Shown: positions 1-10,011, counted from the stretch's first letter. The stretch is DNA of 63,574 nucleotides from a virus (IMGVR_UViG_3300042400_001354:1-63574); one strand, 5' to 3'. The notes: a model not told the origin generated them from the letters alone. Made by a program: numbers and translations.

Positions 1-111
1 AACTTTAGATTTACATACTGTACAATATTGAATATCATCTGAGAGCATTCCATGCTCGTATTCAATTTGATATTCTGAATCGCACTCCTCGCATATAATA
101 TTATATCTCAT
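1..111 (-). CDS. small zinc-ribbon protein, truncated by window edge
   Basis: Hand-translated MRYNIICEECDSEY...QYCTVCKSKV with two CxxC pairs; ATG overlaps galE stop (ATGA). Confidence 0.65.
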   Translation of the reverse strand, partial: MRYNIICEECDSEYQIEYEHGMLSDDIQYCTVCKSKV

Positions 112-1004
112 CCATATTCCTTATCTCTTAATTTGGTTACATTACACACTAATCTAGCTGTGTCTCCGCTTCTGCGCGGCTTGATCTCGTAAATTAATGT
201 TGAAAATTGTGAAATTATTTCTAATACACTTTGACCAACACCAGTTCCAACATTATAAATTTCGCAACCTGGAGTTGAATTTGTTAAAAACAATTTATGG
301 CATTTAGTTAATTCTAAAATGTCAATATAATCGCGAATGCAAGTTCCATCTGGAGTTGGATAATCATCACCATAAACAGATAAAGCAGAATTTGTTTCTA
401 GAGCTTTTTTGATATTAGGATACAAATTATCAGCACCCGTATCCTGCAATAACCCACTGGGATGTTGTCCAATAGGATTAAAATATCTTAAGATCGTAAT
501 ATTTAAATCTGGCTTTTGTTGTGATATTTTTTGTAGAATTTGTTCAACCAATAATTTTGTAGCACCATAAGTTGACATTGGACCAGTTGGACTAAGTTCG
601 GTTAATGGTTCATCGGATGGAGCATAAACAGTTGCTGAACTCGAAAAAATAATAGTTTTAACACCGTGTTCGACAATATATTCTAAGAAAGTAACAGATT
701 TATTAACATTATTATCAAAATATAATTCAGGATATTTTGCACTTTCTTTGATTGATTTATATCCAGCTAGATGGACTACTGCTGTAATAGGATATGACGA
801 TAAGATAATTTTTAATAGAGTTATATCACTAATACAGCCTGCGAAAAAATATGGCGTTTTACCTGTAATTGTTGCAATATGATCAAGAGTTTCAATTTTA
901 GATCTTGATAAATTATCTAGAACAACAACTTCTTTATCATCATTTAACAGGTCAACTACTAAATGCGAACCAATATAACCTAACCCACCTGTCACTAAAA
1001 TCAT
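108..1004 (-). CDS. galE: UDP-glucose 4-epimerase
   Basis: GGLGYIG Rossmann motif, SSSATVY, YGATK (YxxxK), LRYFNP, PDGTCIRDYI. Confidence 0.92.
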   Translation of the reverse strand: MILVTGGLGYIGSHLVVDLLNDDKEVVVLDNLSRSKIETLDHIATITGKTPYFFAGCISDITLLKIILSSYPITAVVHLAGYKSIKESAKYPELYFDNNVNKSVTFLEYIVEHGVKTIIFSSSATVYAPSDEPLTELSPTGPMSTYGATKLLVEQILQKISQQKPDLNITILRYFNPIGQHPSGLLQDTGADNLYPNIKKALETNSALSVYGDDYPTPDGTCIRDYIDILELTKCHKLFLTNSTPGCEIYNVGTGVGQSVLEIISQFSTLIYEIKPRRSGDTARLVCNVTKLRDKEYG

Positions 1005-1141
1005 AATTTTCCTTTTATAGTATAATAAAATTGGTACAATACAACACCAAAATTATAAAAAAATACTGTTAATAAAAATAAAATAGGGAGAAATAATACA
1101 ACATAAAATAAAATAAAGATAAGTGTAATTAATGTTGGCAT
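1001..1141 (-). CDS. small hydrophobic membrane protein (46 aa)
   Basis: Hand-translated MPTLITLIFILFYVVLFLPILFLL...; AGGGAG SD; stop overlaps galE ATG. Confidence 0.5.
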   Translation of the reverse strand: MPTLITLIFILFYVVLFLPILFLLTVFFYNFGVVLYQFYYTIKGKL

Positions 1142-1219
1142 ATTTCTCCCTATTATAATAAAATTTAATTATATTTAGTCAGTAAATTTACTTGCATCAA
1201 CTCCCCAATGACCAAGCTG

Positions 1220-1390
1220 TTAAAACCTATTGGGACTACCCGTTGGAGAGAAATCTGCAGAATCTCTGATATTAATTGCATATTCTCGTTTACCGAAAAG
1301 TTCATGCAATTCCTTATAAAGAACTACAGCATCATCAAACGAAACCACAATCTCTTTACCATTGATGTTTAATACTAATTTCATATTCAT
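1220..1390 (-). CDS. hypothetical protein (56 aa)
   Basis: Hand-translated MNMKLVLNINGKEIVVSFDD... directly after nrdA stop. Confidence 0.45.
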   Translation of the reverse strand: MNMKLVLNINGKEIVVSFDDAVVLYKELHELFGKREYAINIRDSADFSPTGSPNRF

Positions 1391-1394
1391 ATAC

Positions 1395-3101
1395 TTATCC
1401 GTGACAACTTAAACATTCACCTTTACTTACATTAACACCGTTTTCAGAACGGATATAATACAGTGATTTAATCCAAGGATCTTTAAATGCTAATTTATGT
1501 ACTTCGCTAATATATTCTTCATCTTCATCAGCCGAGAAAAAGAAATTAATACTTTGAGCCTGATCAATATAACGTTGACGAGCACTAGCCAATCGCACAA
1601 TTTGTTTTTGATCAATTTCAAATGCAGTTTTAAATACAGATTTTTCTTCATCTGTTAACCAATCAACATGTTGAACTGATCCACCATTACCGATAATATC
1701 TTTTACTACAGCATCACTATAAACACATTTTTCTTTCATTAATTTTAATAATGAAGGATTAACCCTGTCCATCTTACCAGCAGCTGTATTTTGAACATAA
1801 GCATTTTTATAGATTGGTTCAATTCCCTGACTAACAGAACCGCAAATTAATGCTGAACTTAAATTTGGAGCAATAGCAATACGATGAGTATTTCTCACAC
1901 CATAACCACTACACCATTCAGGCTCACCCCATTCTGAAGCCATCCATTGACTGGCTCTTAACGATTCTGCATTTAAATGTTTAAAGATTTCAATATTTTT
2001 ATAATATGCATCCATTGATTCAAATGGAATTAAATTATCCTGCAAATAAGTATGAAATCCTAGTAAACCTAATCCCAATGCTCTTGATGCCTCAGCAAAT
2101 GCAACAACTTTTTCCATTCCAGGTTCACTTTTACCAATTTCAATTAAATCTTGATTAACGCAATCTAGAAACACTGTTGCATTAAATACAGCATCAGTAT
2201 CTTTCCATTCATCATATAATGAACAATTCATAGAAGATAAAACACATGAGAATGTATAATCTTCGCTAGAATGAAGAGTGATTTCCGTACATAGATTTGA
2301 AGCTTTTACATCAAGACCGCGCTCTTTGTACATCTGTGGATTTAACTGATTAACTCTATCAACGAAAAAGAAATAACCTTTACCAGTTATCATCTTTAAC
2401 TTTAACGCAGCCTGATAACGTCCAATAGCGTCTCTATCACCAGAATCTAATCGTTCGATAAACTTATCTGTTACATTCCAACCAATATTAGCATCATCAG
2501 GACTTTTACTGATATAATTTACAATCTCATAAAAATCAGGATGGTCAATTTCAAGATATCCAGCCCAAGCTCCACGTCGTTGACTGCCCTGTGAAATATC
2601 TCGTGACATTTGAACAAAATCTTTAAACACAGGAAGTACACCGCTTGCTCCACCTTTAACGCCATTAATTTTCGCTCCACGAGGTCTAATAGCTCCAAGA
2701 TAACCAGATGTACCAAAACCATTTTTACTCAATACAGCTGCTTCTTGTTGAGCTCCATAGAATCCATAAACAGAATCTTGGACGAATCCACCACTACAGC
2801 TTACAGGACAACCAAATCCAGTTCCCATGTTAGACAATACTGGAGTAGATGCAGCTAACCAACCATTCCATAATAACTCAAAGAATTTAGGTTGCCATTC
2901 AGCAGGATTTGGAGTATAACTAGCAGCATGTTTTGCAATTCTAGTATAAACAGAAGCAAGGTCAGGATATTCAGCTGATAAGTTTTTTTCTCTTAACATC
3001 TGCCATGCAATGGTCGTACACCATTTTGGTAATTTACCTTGTTCTTGTAACTCTTTTCTTTCGTTACTTAACTCATCATAAATTGATAATTCTTTTACCA
3101 T
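1395..3101 (-). CDS. nrdA: class I ribonucleotide reductase large subunit, compact form without ATP cone
   Basis: STPVLSN, PVSC, SNLCTEI catalytic loop, AIAPN, SLYYIR, C-terminal CLSC. Confidence 0.95.
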   Translation of the reverse strand: MVKELSIYDELSNERKELQEQGKLPKWCTTIAWQMLREKNLSAEYPDLASVYTRIAKHAASYTPNPAEWQPKFFELLWNGWLAASTPVLSNMGTGFGCPVSCSGGFVQDSVYGFYGAQQEAAVLSKNGFGTSGYLGAIRPRGAKINGVKGGASGVLPVFKDFVQMSRDISQGSQRRGAWAGYLEIDHPDFYEIVNYISKSPDDANIGWNVTDKFIERLDSGDRDAIGRYQAALKLKMITGKGYFFFVDRVNQLNPQMYKERGLDVKASNLCTEITLHSSEDYTFSCVLSSMNCSLYDEWKDTDAVFNATVFLDCVNQDLIEIGKSEPGMEKVVAFAEASRALGLGLLGFHTYLQDNLIPFESMDAYYKNIEIFKHLNAESLRASQWMASEWGEPEWCSGYGVRNTHRIAIAPNLSSALICGSVSQGIEPIYKNAYVQNTAAGKMDRVNPSLLKLMKEKCVYSDAVVKDIIGNGGSVQHVDWLTDEEKSVFKTAFEIDQKQIVRLASARQRYIDQAQSINFFFSADEDEEYISEVHKLAFKDPWIKSLYYIRSENGVNVSKGECLSCHG

Positions 3102-3122
3102 ACAAGTTCCTTTATTTTAATA

Positions 3123-4112
3123 TTACCAAACAAATCGTTTTTCAATCCACGCTCTATTATAATCTGAACCTTGAGATGAGAAAAAATCATGTAGTGTAGT
3201 TGATTCTAAATCTTTGTAGAACCATTCAGCAATTGGATTGTAAGTTGGTTTAAAAATAGCTTTATAACCCAATTCTTTTAAACACATATCCAATCTAGAT
3301 TCTGTAAAATGATTTAATTGATTTTCTGTAATACCTTTAATACTACCCTTTTCAAAATTCTTAGCATTAATAATCATTTCATGCTCAAGAATTACTCTAG
3401 CTGTTTCTTCTAATTCTTCTCGTAAATGTAACAATTCTTCTTCAGTTAATTGATTATCAGCAACTGCTTCTGCTAGTAGAGTACGAAATAACCATGCACC
3501 GCCTTGATTGTGGAGCGATTCGTCAATCGCAGAAAAATTAATTCCCGCATTTACATTAACGGCTTTATTTTTACCGTTAGAATTAAAATGTTTAATAAAA
3601 GCAAAACTAGAGAATAAAACAGCACCCTCTACCATGGAGAAAATACCAACGGATTTTAATTTATCCATTAAAGTTGTTCTTTTTGATAATCTTTTACCAA
3701 TCCATTTCATACGATTAACTAGAATTGGATCATCTAGGTATGAATCATAAAATTCATCTGTATCTAAACCTAATACTTCATTAATTTTATTATAGAATGG
3801 AGCATGAACATTTGTTTCCATAAAAGCAAATGCATCAGCCATTCTTTGAATATCAGGTCTTGGGAATACCTGAGAAACATAATTTTTCCAGTATTCATTA
3901 ACTGAAATTTCATATTTGGTAAATAATCGCAACGTAGATGTTAATCCATGATATTCCGCGTCATTAAAATTAGTTTTTAAATCATGAAGATCTTTTTCAA
4001 CTTCAATTTCAAAATCAAACCACATAATTTCTTGTTGTTTTCTAGCGAATTCAATTGCTACCGGATAATCTATAGTGTAAGTATCTTTCGGAGTCAATAA
4101 TCTAATGCCCAT
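3123..4112 (-). CDS. nrdB: class I ribonucleotide reductase small subunit
   Basis: ETNVHAPFY, VEGAVLFSSF, DESLH, HDFF tail; adjacent to nrdA; start moved to SD-preceded ATG. Confidence 0.93.
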   Translation of the reverse strand: MGIRLLTPKDTYTIDYPVAIEFARKQQEIMWFDFEIEVEKDLHDLKTNFNDAEYHGLTSTLRLFTKYEISVNEYWKNYVSQVFPRPDIQRMADAFAFMETNVHAPFYNKINEVLGLDTDEFYDSYLDDPILVNRMKWIGKRLSKRTTLMDKLKSVGIFSMVEGAVLFSSFAFIKHFNSNGKNKAVNVNAGINFSAIDESLHNQGGAWLFRTLLAEAVADNQLTEEELLHLREELEETARVILEHEMIINAKNFEKGSIKGITENQLNHFTESRLDMCLKELGYKAIFKPTYNPIAEWFYKDLESTTLHDFFSSQGSDYNRAWIEKRFVW

Positions 4113-4184
4113 ATCATTCCTTTTCAAAAATTAAAACAGTTGCATCCATGCAACACCTAATATCCTTTTAACGTTATCTATATA

Positions 4185-5030
4185 TTACTTCTGAAAATTC
4201 AACATAGGAACTGGACCAGTCATATACTGGGGTAATTGTCCATCCCATTTATCAATTTTATTCAGTTCCAATACAGCAGGATTATTTTTTAAAGCAGCAC
4301 CTTTAATTTCAATTGCTTCAGCTTCTGCTTTGGCAATAGCTAATTTAGATTCTGCAACACCACGAGCTTCAGCAATTGCTTTATCAGCTTCGGCTCTAGA
4401 TTGAGCTACTTCATTTTCACGTTGTTGGGTTTTTTGTAGTGCTTGAATTTTTGCATTAATAGATTCAACTACAGTTTGTGGTAATCTCATATTACCAACT
4501 AAATAGAGCGACTCAACTTTAATACCCACTGGATCCATTTCAGCTTGAACAATAGAAAGAACTTCATCAACTAAAGCAGCTTTACCTTCACCATAAACCG
4601 ATTCAATATCTCTAGAAGATGCAGCTTTATTAAATGCATCTCTAACGCTATTTCGCAAGACAAGATTAGTAATCTCATCAGTACCTTTACGATATTTTTG
4701 AAAAATAGTTGTTACTTTATCAGGTTCAATATGATAACTAATACCAACATCAGTATTAACAGTTAAACCTTGTTTAGTTTGAAAAGTAAAACTATCATCG
4801 TTTGGGCTACCTTCAGTTGCTGCTTGAGTCCAAACATGATTTTGAGTAAATGTTGGGAATAAGAATAATTGTTCGTTAACCCCAATCCAATATCTTCCTA
4901 CACCTAATACTTGACTATCAACACCCTTTTCGCCACCATTTAAAAATACTTTAATACCTGTATACCCTGGCGGAACATTAGAACAACCAGTAATAAACAA
5001 GAACATCAATAACATAATAATTTTTTTCAT
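4185..5030 (-). CDS. SPFH/band 7 (prohibitin-like) lipoprotein
   Basis: Signal peptide with ITGC lipobox, VPPGYTGIKV, AEA-rich coiled coil, KWDGQLP tail. Confidence 0.88.
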   Translation of the reverse strand: MKKIIMLLMFLFITGCSNVPPGYTGIKVFLNGGEKGVDSQVLGVGRYWIGVNEQLFLFPTFTQNHVWTQAATEGSPNDDSFTFQTKQGLTVNTDVGISYHIEPDKVTTIFQKYRKGTDEITNLVLRNSVRDAFNKAASSRDIESVYGEGKAALVDEVLSIVQAEMDPVGIKVESLYLVGNMRLPQTVVESINAKIQALQKTQQRENEVAQSRAEADKAIAEARGVAESKLAIAKAEAEAIEIKGAALKNNPAVLELNKIDKWDGQLPQYMTGPVPMLNFQK

Positions 5031-5222
5031 TTACTTTCCTTTAATCAAATTTAACACATAATTAATTGCTGTTGGTAATGTAGCAATTGTTAAAATAATC
5101 GCCGCAATCCCACCAAATACAAAGAAATCATCTTTATACGAAATTAAAAATGGACACACAAACCCAAAACTAATAACATACCCAATAACAATTAAACACA
5201 ATTTAATAAATTTAACACCCAT
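5031..5222 (-). CDS. small two-TM membrane protein
   Basis: Two hydrophobic stretches; abuts SPFH gene. Confidence 0.7.
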   Translation of the reverse strand: MGVKFIKLCLIVIGYVISFGFVCPFLISYKDDFFVFGGIAAIILTIATLPTAINYVLNLIKGK

Positions 5223-5224
5223 TT

Positions 5225-5791
5225 TTACCCCAATTTTATATAAGGAGAAATATAATTCTCCCGTAAATGATTTACACTAAAAGTTCCTTCTGGATTACCA
5301 GAATGTATTTCAGTTGCATTTTTAGTTTCTCCCTGAGAATCAACAAAATTATCTACTTTATGTGAATATAAATTTCCATTATAATGCCGTTTAGATATAT
5401 GTTTAAATGCAGAATCATATAATTTATTTAAATGCTCATCATCACCAAAATATCTAATAGATTGACCTCTATCTAATTTATCTTTATACAATTTTATTAC
5501 AATACCAACTAATGGTGCGGCTGCAGCACCTTTATGTTGATGCAGCCGCTCAATGCCAGTTTTTGAATTATCATCAGCTCTAGAAAAATGTACTTCCCAG
5601 GCATTTTTATGTTTAAATCTTAAAAATACATAAGGAGTATTTTTATGTGTTGTATGATACGCTTCTACATTAGTCAATGTATGAGGATAATATCGCTCCT
5701 TTACAGCATCTTCTAATGGTTTATGTCTATGCAAATCTAATGTTGTATCGAATATTTCAGTCAATTCAATAAAATTAGAAAAAGATTTCAT
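5225..5791 (-). CDS. His-rich hypothetical protein, possible internal head protein
   Basis: N-terminus MKSFSNFIELTE resembles T4 capsid-targeting sequence. Confidence 0.65.
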   Translation of the reverse strand: MKSFSNFIELTEIFDTTLDLHRHKPLEDAVKERYYPHTLTNVEAYHTTHKNTPYVFLRFKHKNAWEVHFSRADDNSKTGIERLHQHKGAAAAPLVGIVIKLYKDKLDRGQSIRYFGDDEHLNKLYDSAFKHISKRHYNGNLYSHKVDNFVDSQGETKNATEIHSGNPEGTFSVNHLRENYISPYIKLG

Positions 5792-6207
5792 TAAACATCA
5801 CCTTCCGCGCGAACTTCTGATTTAATAATCTCAAATCCTGCAGGATAACGAGCAGATAATTTCTCAACATTCATAACAATAATTTCATCAAGTGTAGTAC
5901 CCAATGCAGATGCTGCTACCGCCAAATACCAACAAATATCACCCAATTCGCGTTTCATATGAAAAACATTTTCTTCGTTTAACGGCTTACCTTGAAATAA
6001 AATTTTCTTAACAACTTCAGTAAACTCACCTGCCTCAGCAGTTAAACCAGCAGAAGCAGTAACCAATTGAGGAATTTTAACACCAAACTCTTTTGATCCA
6101 GTATTAAGTTCTTCTAATCTAACCATTAAAGAATTGAAATCACTTGAAGCAGGAGAAATTGTACCAGCCACAAATTTCTCATAATCTTTTAATTCAACTT
6201 TACTCAT
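5791..6207 (-). CDS. mazG: MazG-like nucleotide pyrophosphohydrolase
   Basis: GLTAEAGEFTEVVKK, ELGDICWY, NVEKLSARYP; start corrected to MSKVEL. Confidence 0.9.
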   Translation of the reverse strand: MSKVELKDYEKFVAGTISPASSDFNSLMVRLEELNTGSKEFGVKIPQLVTASAGLTAEAGEFTEVVKKILFQGKPLNEENVFHMKRELGDICWYLAVAASALGTTLDEIIVMNVEKLSARYPAGFEIIKSEVRAEGDV

Positions 6208-7036
6208 TAATATTTTCCTCTTTATTATATAACATTTGTTCAATTCTATCTCTGTATTGAATCCAACCTTTAAAATTTCTGTAATAAAAATCAGATTCTC
6301 CTGGAGTTGCTTGGTGTTCAGCTGGGCTTGCATGTAACGGCTCAGAACCAACTAAACGATCATGTAACTCAACATCTTTTCTTACATGAGGATTTGATCC
6401 ATCATGATTGCTATAAGATACTCTAGCACAACGAGCTGTTGAACATTTTAATAGAATATCTTCATCACATAATTCACGTTCTGTATCAGTAATATACGGT
6501 AAATGCCATTCACCATGCTCAACTTTTTTTGGTTGACTATTTTGAATTGCACCATAAATTGTTTTTGCTAATTCCTGAATTTCTGGTTGAGCATCAGGAT
6601 GAATTCTTAAATTAAAGAAATTTTCCCATTCAGTTGAAGTAACAATAACATTAATATACTGCCATGGTTCAAGAATACGATTACCAATTTGTTTATGTAA
6701 ACCAATTTTGCTAAATGCATAAGCAAATACACAAGCAAATTTAGCAGATAATTTCCAAACAAATTTAGCAGCTGTTAATTTGAACCCACTTAATTCAGAT
6801 TTAGCTTGCATACCAGCAACATTAGCTCCCCAATGAACTGGCATAGCAGGATCATTCCATACTTGGGCAATAATTTTGCTAATAGGAATAGCTCTAGAAC
6901 TAGACGCAGACCTAGAGAATACACGATGTGTCATAAATTCCTGATGTATATATCGATGATACCTCAATTGTAGTGTACAAATTCTATTTTCAATACCATC
7001 AAAATAAGAATCTGCAATCATTTTAGCTGTAATCAT
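6200..7036 (-). CDS. thyX: flavin-dependent thymidylate synthase (phage ThyX-like)
   Basis: THRVFSRSASSSRAIP, NFFNLRIHPDAQPEI, ARCARVSY, HASPAEHQA. Confidence 0.85.
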   Translation of the reverse strand: MITAKMIADSYFDGIENRICTLQLRYHRYIHQEFMTHRVFSRSASSSRAIPISKIIAQVWNDPAMPVHWGANVAGMQAKSELSGFKLTAAKFVWKLSAKFACVFAYAFSKIGLHKQIGNRILEPWQYINVIVTSTEWENFFNLRIHPDAQPEIQELAKTIYGAIQNSQPKKVEHGEWHLPYITDTERELCDEDILLKCSTARCARVSYSNHDGSNPHVRKDVELHDRLVGSEPLHASPAEHQATPGESDFYYRNFKGWIQYRDRIEQMLYNKEENINE

Positions 7037-7191
7037 TGTTCAAAGTGCTCCTTATAATATTTTTCAAATTCAGGTTTATCTAATGGTATATATTGTTCTT
7101 CAGTATATTGAAACCAAACACCATTAATACGCAAATATTCTGTACCATCAACATCAAATCGCGTACATTTTAAATCTTCAAGTTTTTCCAT
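7033..7191 (-). CDS. hypothetical protein (52 aa)
   Basis: Hand-translated MEKLEDLKCTRFDVDG...; coupled to primase stop and thyX start. Confidence 0.55.
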   Translation of the reverse strand: MEKLEDLKCTRFDVDGTEYLRINGVWFQYTEEQYIPLDKPEFEKYYKEHFEQ

Positions 7192-8189
7192 TATATTTTT
7201 TTCCAGTTTAAAAATTCAATTTCAGCCATCAACCCAGAATAGGTGTGCTTAGTTATTATACCTAACAATTCCTGTTCCGTCAAGCCATTTTTTATAGCAT
7301 CATTAATATCTTTTGCACCAAAAGATTCTGGCAACAAACAGACATTAAAATTATTTTTAATAAATTTTTCTATATTAGAAACAATATTTTTATTTCTAGG
7401 TTCGCAATCAGGAACTAATATTAATTTATCTTTTGAGAATACTGTTGAAGCTGATGCTAAATTTGAATCAGCAGTAGCAATTGCATTTGGAAGAAATAAA
7501 CTATCAAATGGTCCTTCAACTACATATATTGGTTTCATAGGATCAACTTTATCCAATCCAAATATTTTTTCCTGTTCTTTATCAAGTTTAACAGTAATAT
7601 ATCTCATTGAATAATTATCAATTGCTCTACCTTGAAACGCAATTAGTTCCCCTGATCTAGAGAAAAACGGAATTATTATTCGAGGTCCAGTTTTCTCCAA
7701 CTTTTTATCGGAAACAGATTCTACAAATTGTTTAAAATCTTCAGAAAAATAAAGAGTTTTTAACGCTTTTGTAGGTATTTTACGATCTAAAAGATACTTT
7801 TTAGCGACATGATTATCGTCTAATGAGTCTACCGTGGGTAAATCTAGTTTTTTCTCAGTTTTTTTAAATTTTGGGATGGATGGAACTTCAATTTTGCGTC
7901 CAGCAGGATTAAATTTTTCTTGAAATGATTCCATAACATATTCTTTTTCCAAATACGGATCAAGATAATTAATTAAAGATCTTACTGTTGTACCTTTATC
8001 GCAATTAAAACATGTAAAAAAATAACTGTCATTTTTCGCATAAACGAATCCACGAGTTTTAGATTTAATTTTTTGAGAATCCCCGCAATAAGGACACCTA
8101 AACGTATAAAGATTTGTATTTTTTTGTTTAAAATGTTCTAATTTAGAAGAAAGTAGTAAGAGATATTTTCTATCAATCCAAATGCTCAT
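7191..8189 (-). CDS. gp61: DNA primase
   Basis: FRCPYCGDS...CFNC zinc finger, VVEGPFDSLF TOPRIM, KDIND. Confidence 0.95.
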   Translation of the reverse strand: MSIWIDRKYLLLLSSKLEHFKQKNTNLYTFRCPYCGDSQKIKSKTRGFVYAKNDSYFFTCFNCDKGTTVRSLINYLDPYLEKEYVMESFQEKFNPAGRKIEVPSIPKFKKTEKKLDLPTVDSLDDNHVAKKYLLDRKIPTKALKTLYFSEDFKQFVESVSDKKLEKTGPRIIIPFFSRSGELIAFQGRAIDNYSMRYITVKLDKEQEKIFGLDKVDPMKPIYVVEGPFDSLFLPNAIATADSNLASASTVFSKDKLILVPDCEPRNKNIVSNIEKFIKNNFNVCLLPESFGAKDINDAIKNGLTEQELLGIITKHTYSGLMAEIEFLNWKKI

Positions 8190-8193
8190 AATG

Positions 8194-8221
8194 AAAAAGC
8201 CTATAATTTTCGTATAGGCTT
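8194..8221 (-). terminator. intrinsic-terminator-like hairpin ending the upstream late operon
   Basis: AAGCCTATA-CGAAAAT-TATAGGCTT followed by TTT. Confidence 0.5.
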
Positions 8222-8250
8222 ATTATACTATCAAACTTAAAAAAAAGCAA
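8222..8250 (-). promoter_or_regulatory. sigma70-type promoter for primase operon
   Basis: TTGCTT-N17-TATAAT with ATAG directly before -10. Confidence 0.75.
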
Positions 8251-8254
8251 GTTT

Positions 8255-8695
8255 TTAGTGTATCATTAAAATTTTTTTAACTAATTCTGAATTTGAGAGT
8301 AACCAAAGAATAACAGCACCTCCCCCCCATACTAACCATTTAATTTGAAGCAATTCTCCAGTTTTATTTTCTTGTTTTACAATTCTATCGGTTAAATCTT
8401 GATTAAGATTTGTGATTTCTTCTGATAATAATTTTTCAATAGCAGATATTCTATTAGAAATACCTTTTTCAGTTTGTTCTAAGGAAGAATACAATTCCGA
8501 TAATTCTTCCTTAGTATAAATTAAATTAGCCTCTATTTTTGTTGTTTTATCAATAAGAGAGTCGTGCTGAGAATCAATTTTTTCTATTACTGAATCCAGT
8601 TTCTCAAATAGTTTATTGATAAATGAAACTTCCTGTTTCAACACAGCAACTTCAACTCTCAAATCAGATAATGTTGAATTATCAGTTACTGCCAT
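8255..8695 (-). CDS. coiled-coil protein with C-terminal TM helix (possibly holin/XhlA-like)
   Basis: Heptad-rich body, KWLVWGGGAVILWLL anchor. Confidence 0.6.
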   Translation of the reverse strand: MAVTDNSTLSDLRVEVAVLKQEVSFINKLFEKLDSVIEKIDSQHDSLIDKTTKIEANLIYTKEELSELYSSLEQTEKGISNRISAIEKLLSEEITNLNQDLTDRIVKQENKTGELLQIKWLVWGGGAVILWLLSNSELVKKILMIH

Positions 8696-8880
8696 CTAGT
8701 CATCCTTTTTGATTCTTGTTCTATATTTGATGTTGTTTCTAGCAATTTATCTAATTTTACAGAATATGATTCTAATGTAAATAACATTTTATCATATTTA
8801 GAATAATCTAAAATATCAGAAATTAATATATTTTCTAAAGAGTGTTCTAGCATCTTTTGTGTCCCTTTGACAGCAACCAT
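8686..8880 (-). CDS. hypothetical protein
   Basis: ORF packed in operon. Confidence 0.55.
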   Translation of the reverse strand: MVAVKGTQKMLEHSLENILISDILDYSKYDKMLFTLESYSVKLDKLLETTSNIEQESKRMTRWQ

Positions 8881-8893
8881 AATTAATCTTAAG

Positions 8894-9415
8894 TTATTTT
8901 AATTTTTGCAATTTATAAATTGTAGTATTACATAATTCTACACTTTCATCAATAATATTTTGTATAGATGTATCATCTGTAATTAAATTGCGAGTTTTAC
9001 CAATCCAATCTCTAAATTCAATAATAGCATCTACAGCAATTTTCATTTCAGCAGCAATCGAGGGAAGAGAAATGAATTTACCATATAAACCAATATATGA
9101 TTCACAAAAACTATCAATTTTCCCAACAATTTCTTCATAAAATGTTGCTAAAGCACTATGTTCCGAAAATGAATCTGTACTTAAATGCGCAAAATGAGTA
9201 GTAGTTGCTAAAGCTCTTGCTCTAGCAAAAAACTCACTAGCAACAGAATTCGAGATATTTTCTGGTGTCCCTTGAGTTTCGGCTTCCTGAGCAGGATATC
9301 CTGGTTTCGATGCCTCAAATAATATTTGATCTAGAGAATATTTTTGTACACGAGTTCTATCCAATCCATATTGTTCAACGATTGAGGTAATTTTATTTAA
9401 ATATTTTTGTTCCAT
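8894..9415 (-). CDS. ferritin/Dps-like four-helix protein (DUF5856-like)
   Basis: THFAHLST-SFSEHSALATFYE-IDSFCESYIGLYG, IQNIIDE, YKL tail. Confidence 0.7.
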   Translation of the reverse strand: MEQKYLNKITSIVEQYGLDRTRVQKYSLDQILFEASKPGYPAQEAETQGTPENISNSVASEFFARARALATTTHFAHLSTDSFSEHSALATFYEEIVGKIDSFCESYIGLYGKFISLPSIAAEMKIAVDAIIEFRDWIGKTRNLITDDTSIQNIIDESVELCNTTIYKLQKLK

Positions 9416-9612
9416 CAGGGGTTCCTTGTTAATGGCAAAGGTGTTAATAATGCACTTTTTTTCTTACGGCTCACTCCTGGTTCAGCTTGATTCGGTAACG
9501 TTGCATTAGGTACACCTGCTCCAGCAATGTTACCCGTACCAACTACACTCCCACCAGAAACACTAGCTGTTCCACCTTCGCATTCTGCAATAAAATCTTT
9601 AAATGTTTTCAT
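9415..9612 (-). CDS. small putative internal head protein
   Basis: MKTFKDFIAE, close to T4 IP capsid-targeting sequence MKTYQEFIAE. Confidence 0.7.
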   Translation of the reverse strand: MKTFKDFIAECEGGTASVSGGSVVGTGNIAGAGVPNATLPNQAEPGVSRKKKSALLTPLPLTRNP

Positions 9613-9992
9613 AAAGTCCTTAATATTTTTGCAATTTCCATATCAACAGGAATATCCGAAGAAATAATGATATTATTATTTATTTTAATTTCGTTTGGCA
9701 TTCTGTTTAAATAAATTAAAAAAGTTTTTAATTGGCTATAATTATCTGATTCTATTTTATAAAACAACATCATATTTACTGCTACAGTTGGCTCAAATAC
9801 ATTATATAATAATATAAGATGATTTAAAATTAACCTTTCAGCTAATATTCCATTTTTTTTATATTTTTTTAATAACCGTTTAATATAAGTTATTCGTTTT
9901 AAATCAGTATTAAATTCAACAGTAGAATAATGTAACGGCCAATAATGTTTCACAGCAAAAAATATAAAATTTTCTTCAGTCAATTCATCCAT
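9609..9992 (-). CDS. conserved T4-like hypothetical protein
   Basis: ELTEENF, DLKRITYIKRL, ERLILNHLI pattern typical of T4-like phages. Confidence 0.75.
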   Translation of the reverse strand: MDELTEENFIFFAVKHYWPLHYSTVEFNTDLKRITYIKRLLKKYKKNGILAERLILNHLILLYNVFEPTVAVNMMLFYKIESDNYSQLKTFLIYLNRMPNEIKINNNIIISSDIPVDMEIAKILRTL

Positions 9993-10011
9993 AATCACAA
10001 CGTAAAATAAA

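Noticed and set aside
1175-1390. Stop read-through extending the 56-aa ORF to 71 aa
   Set aside because: A 14-codon open extension after TAA is unremarkable without homolog evidence
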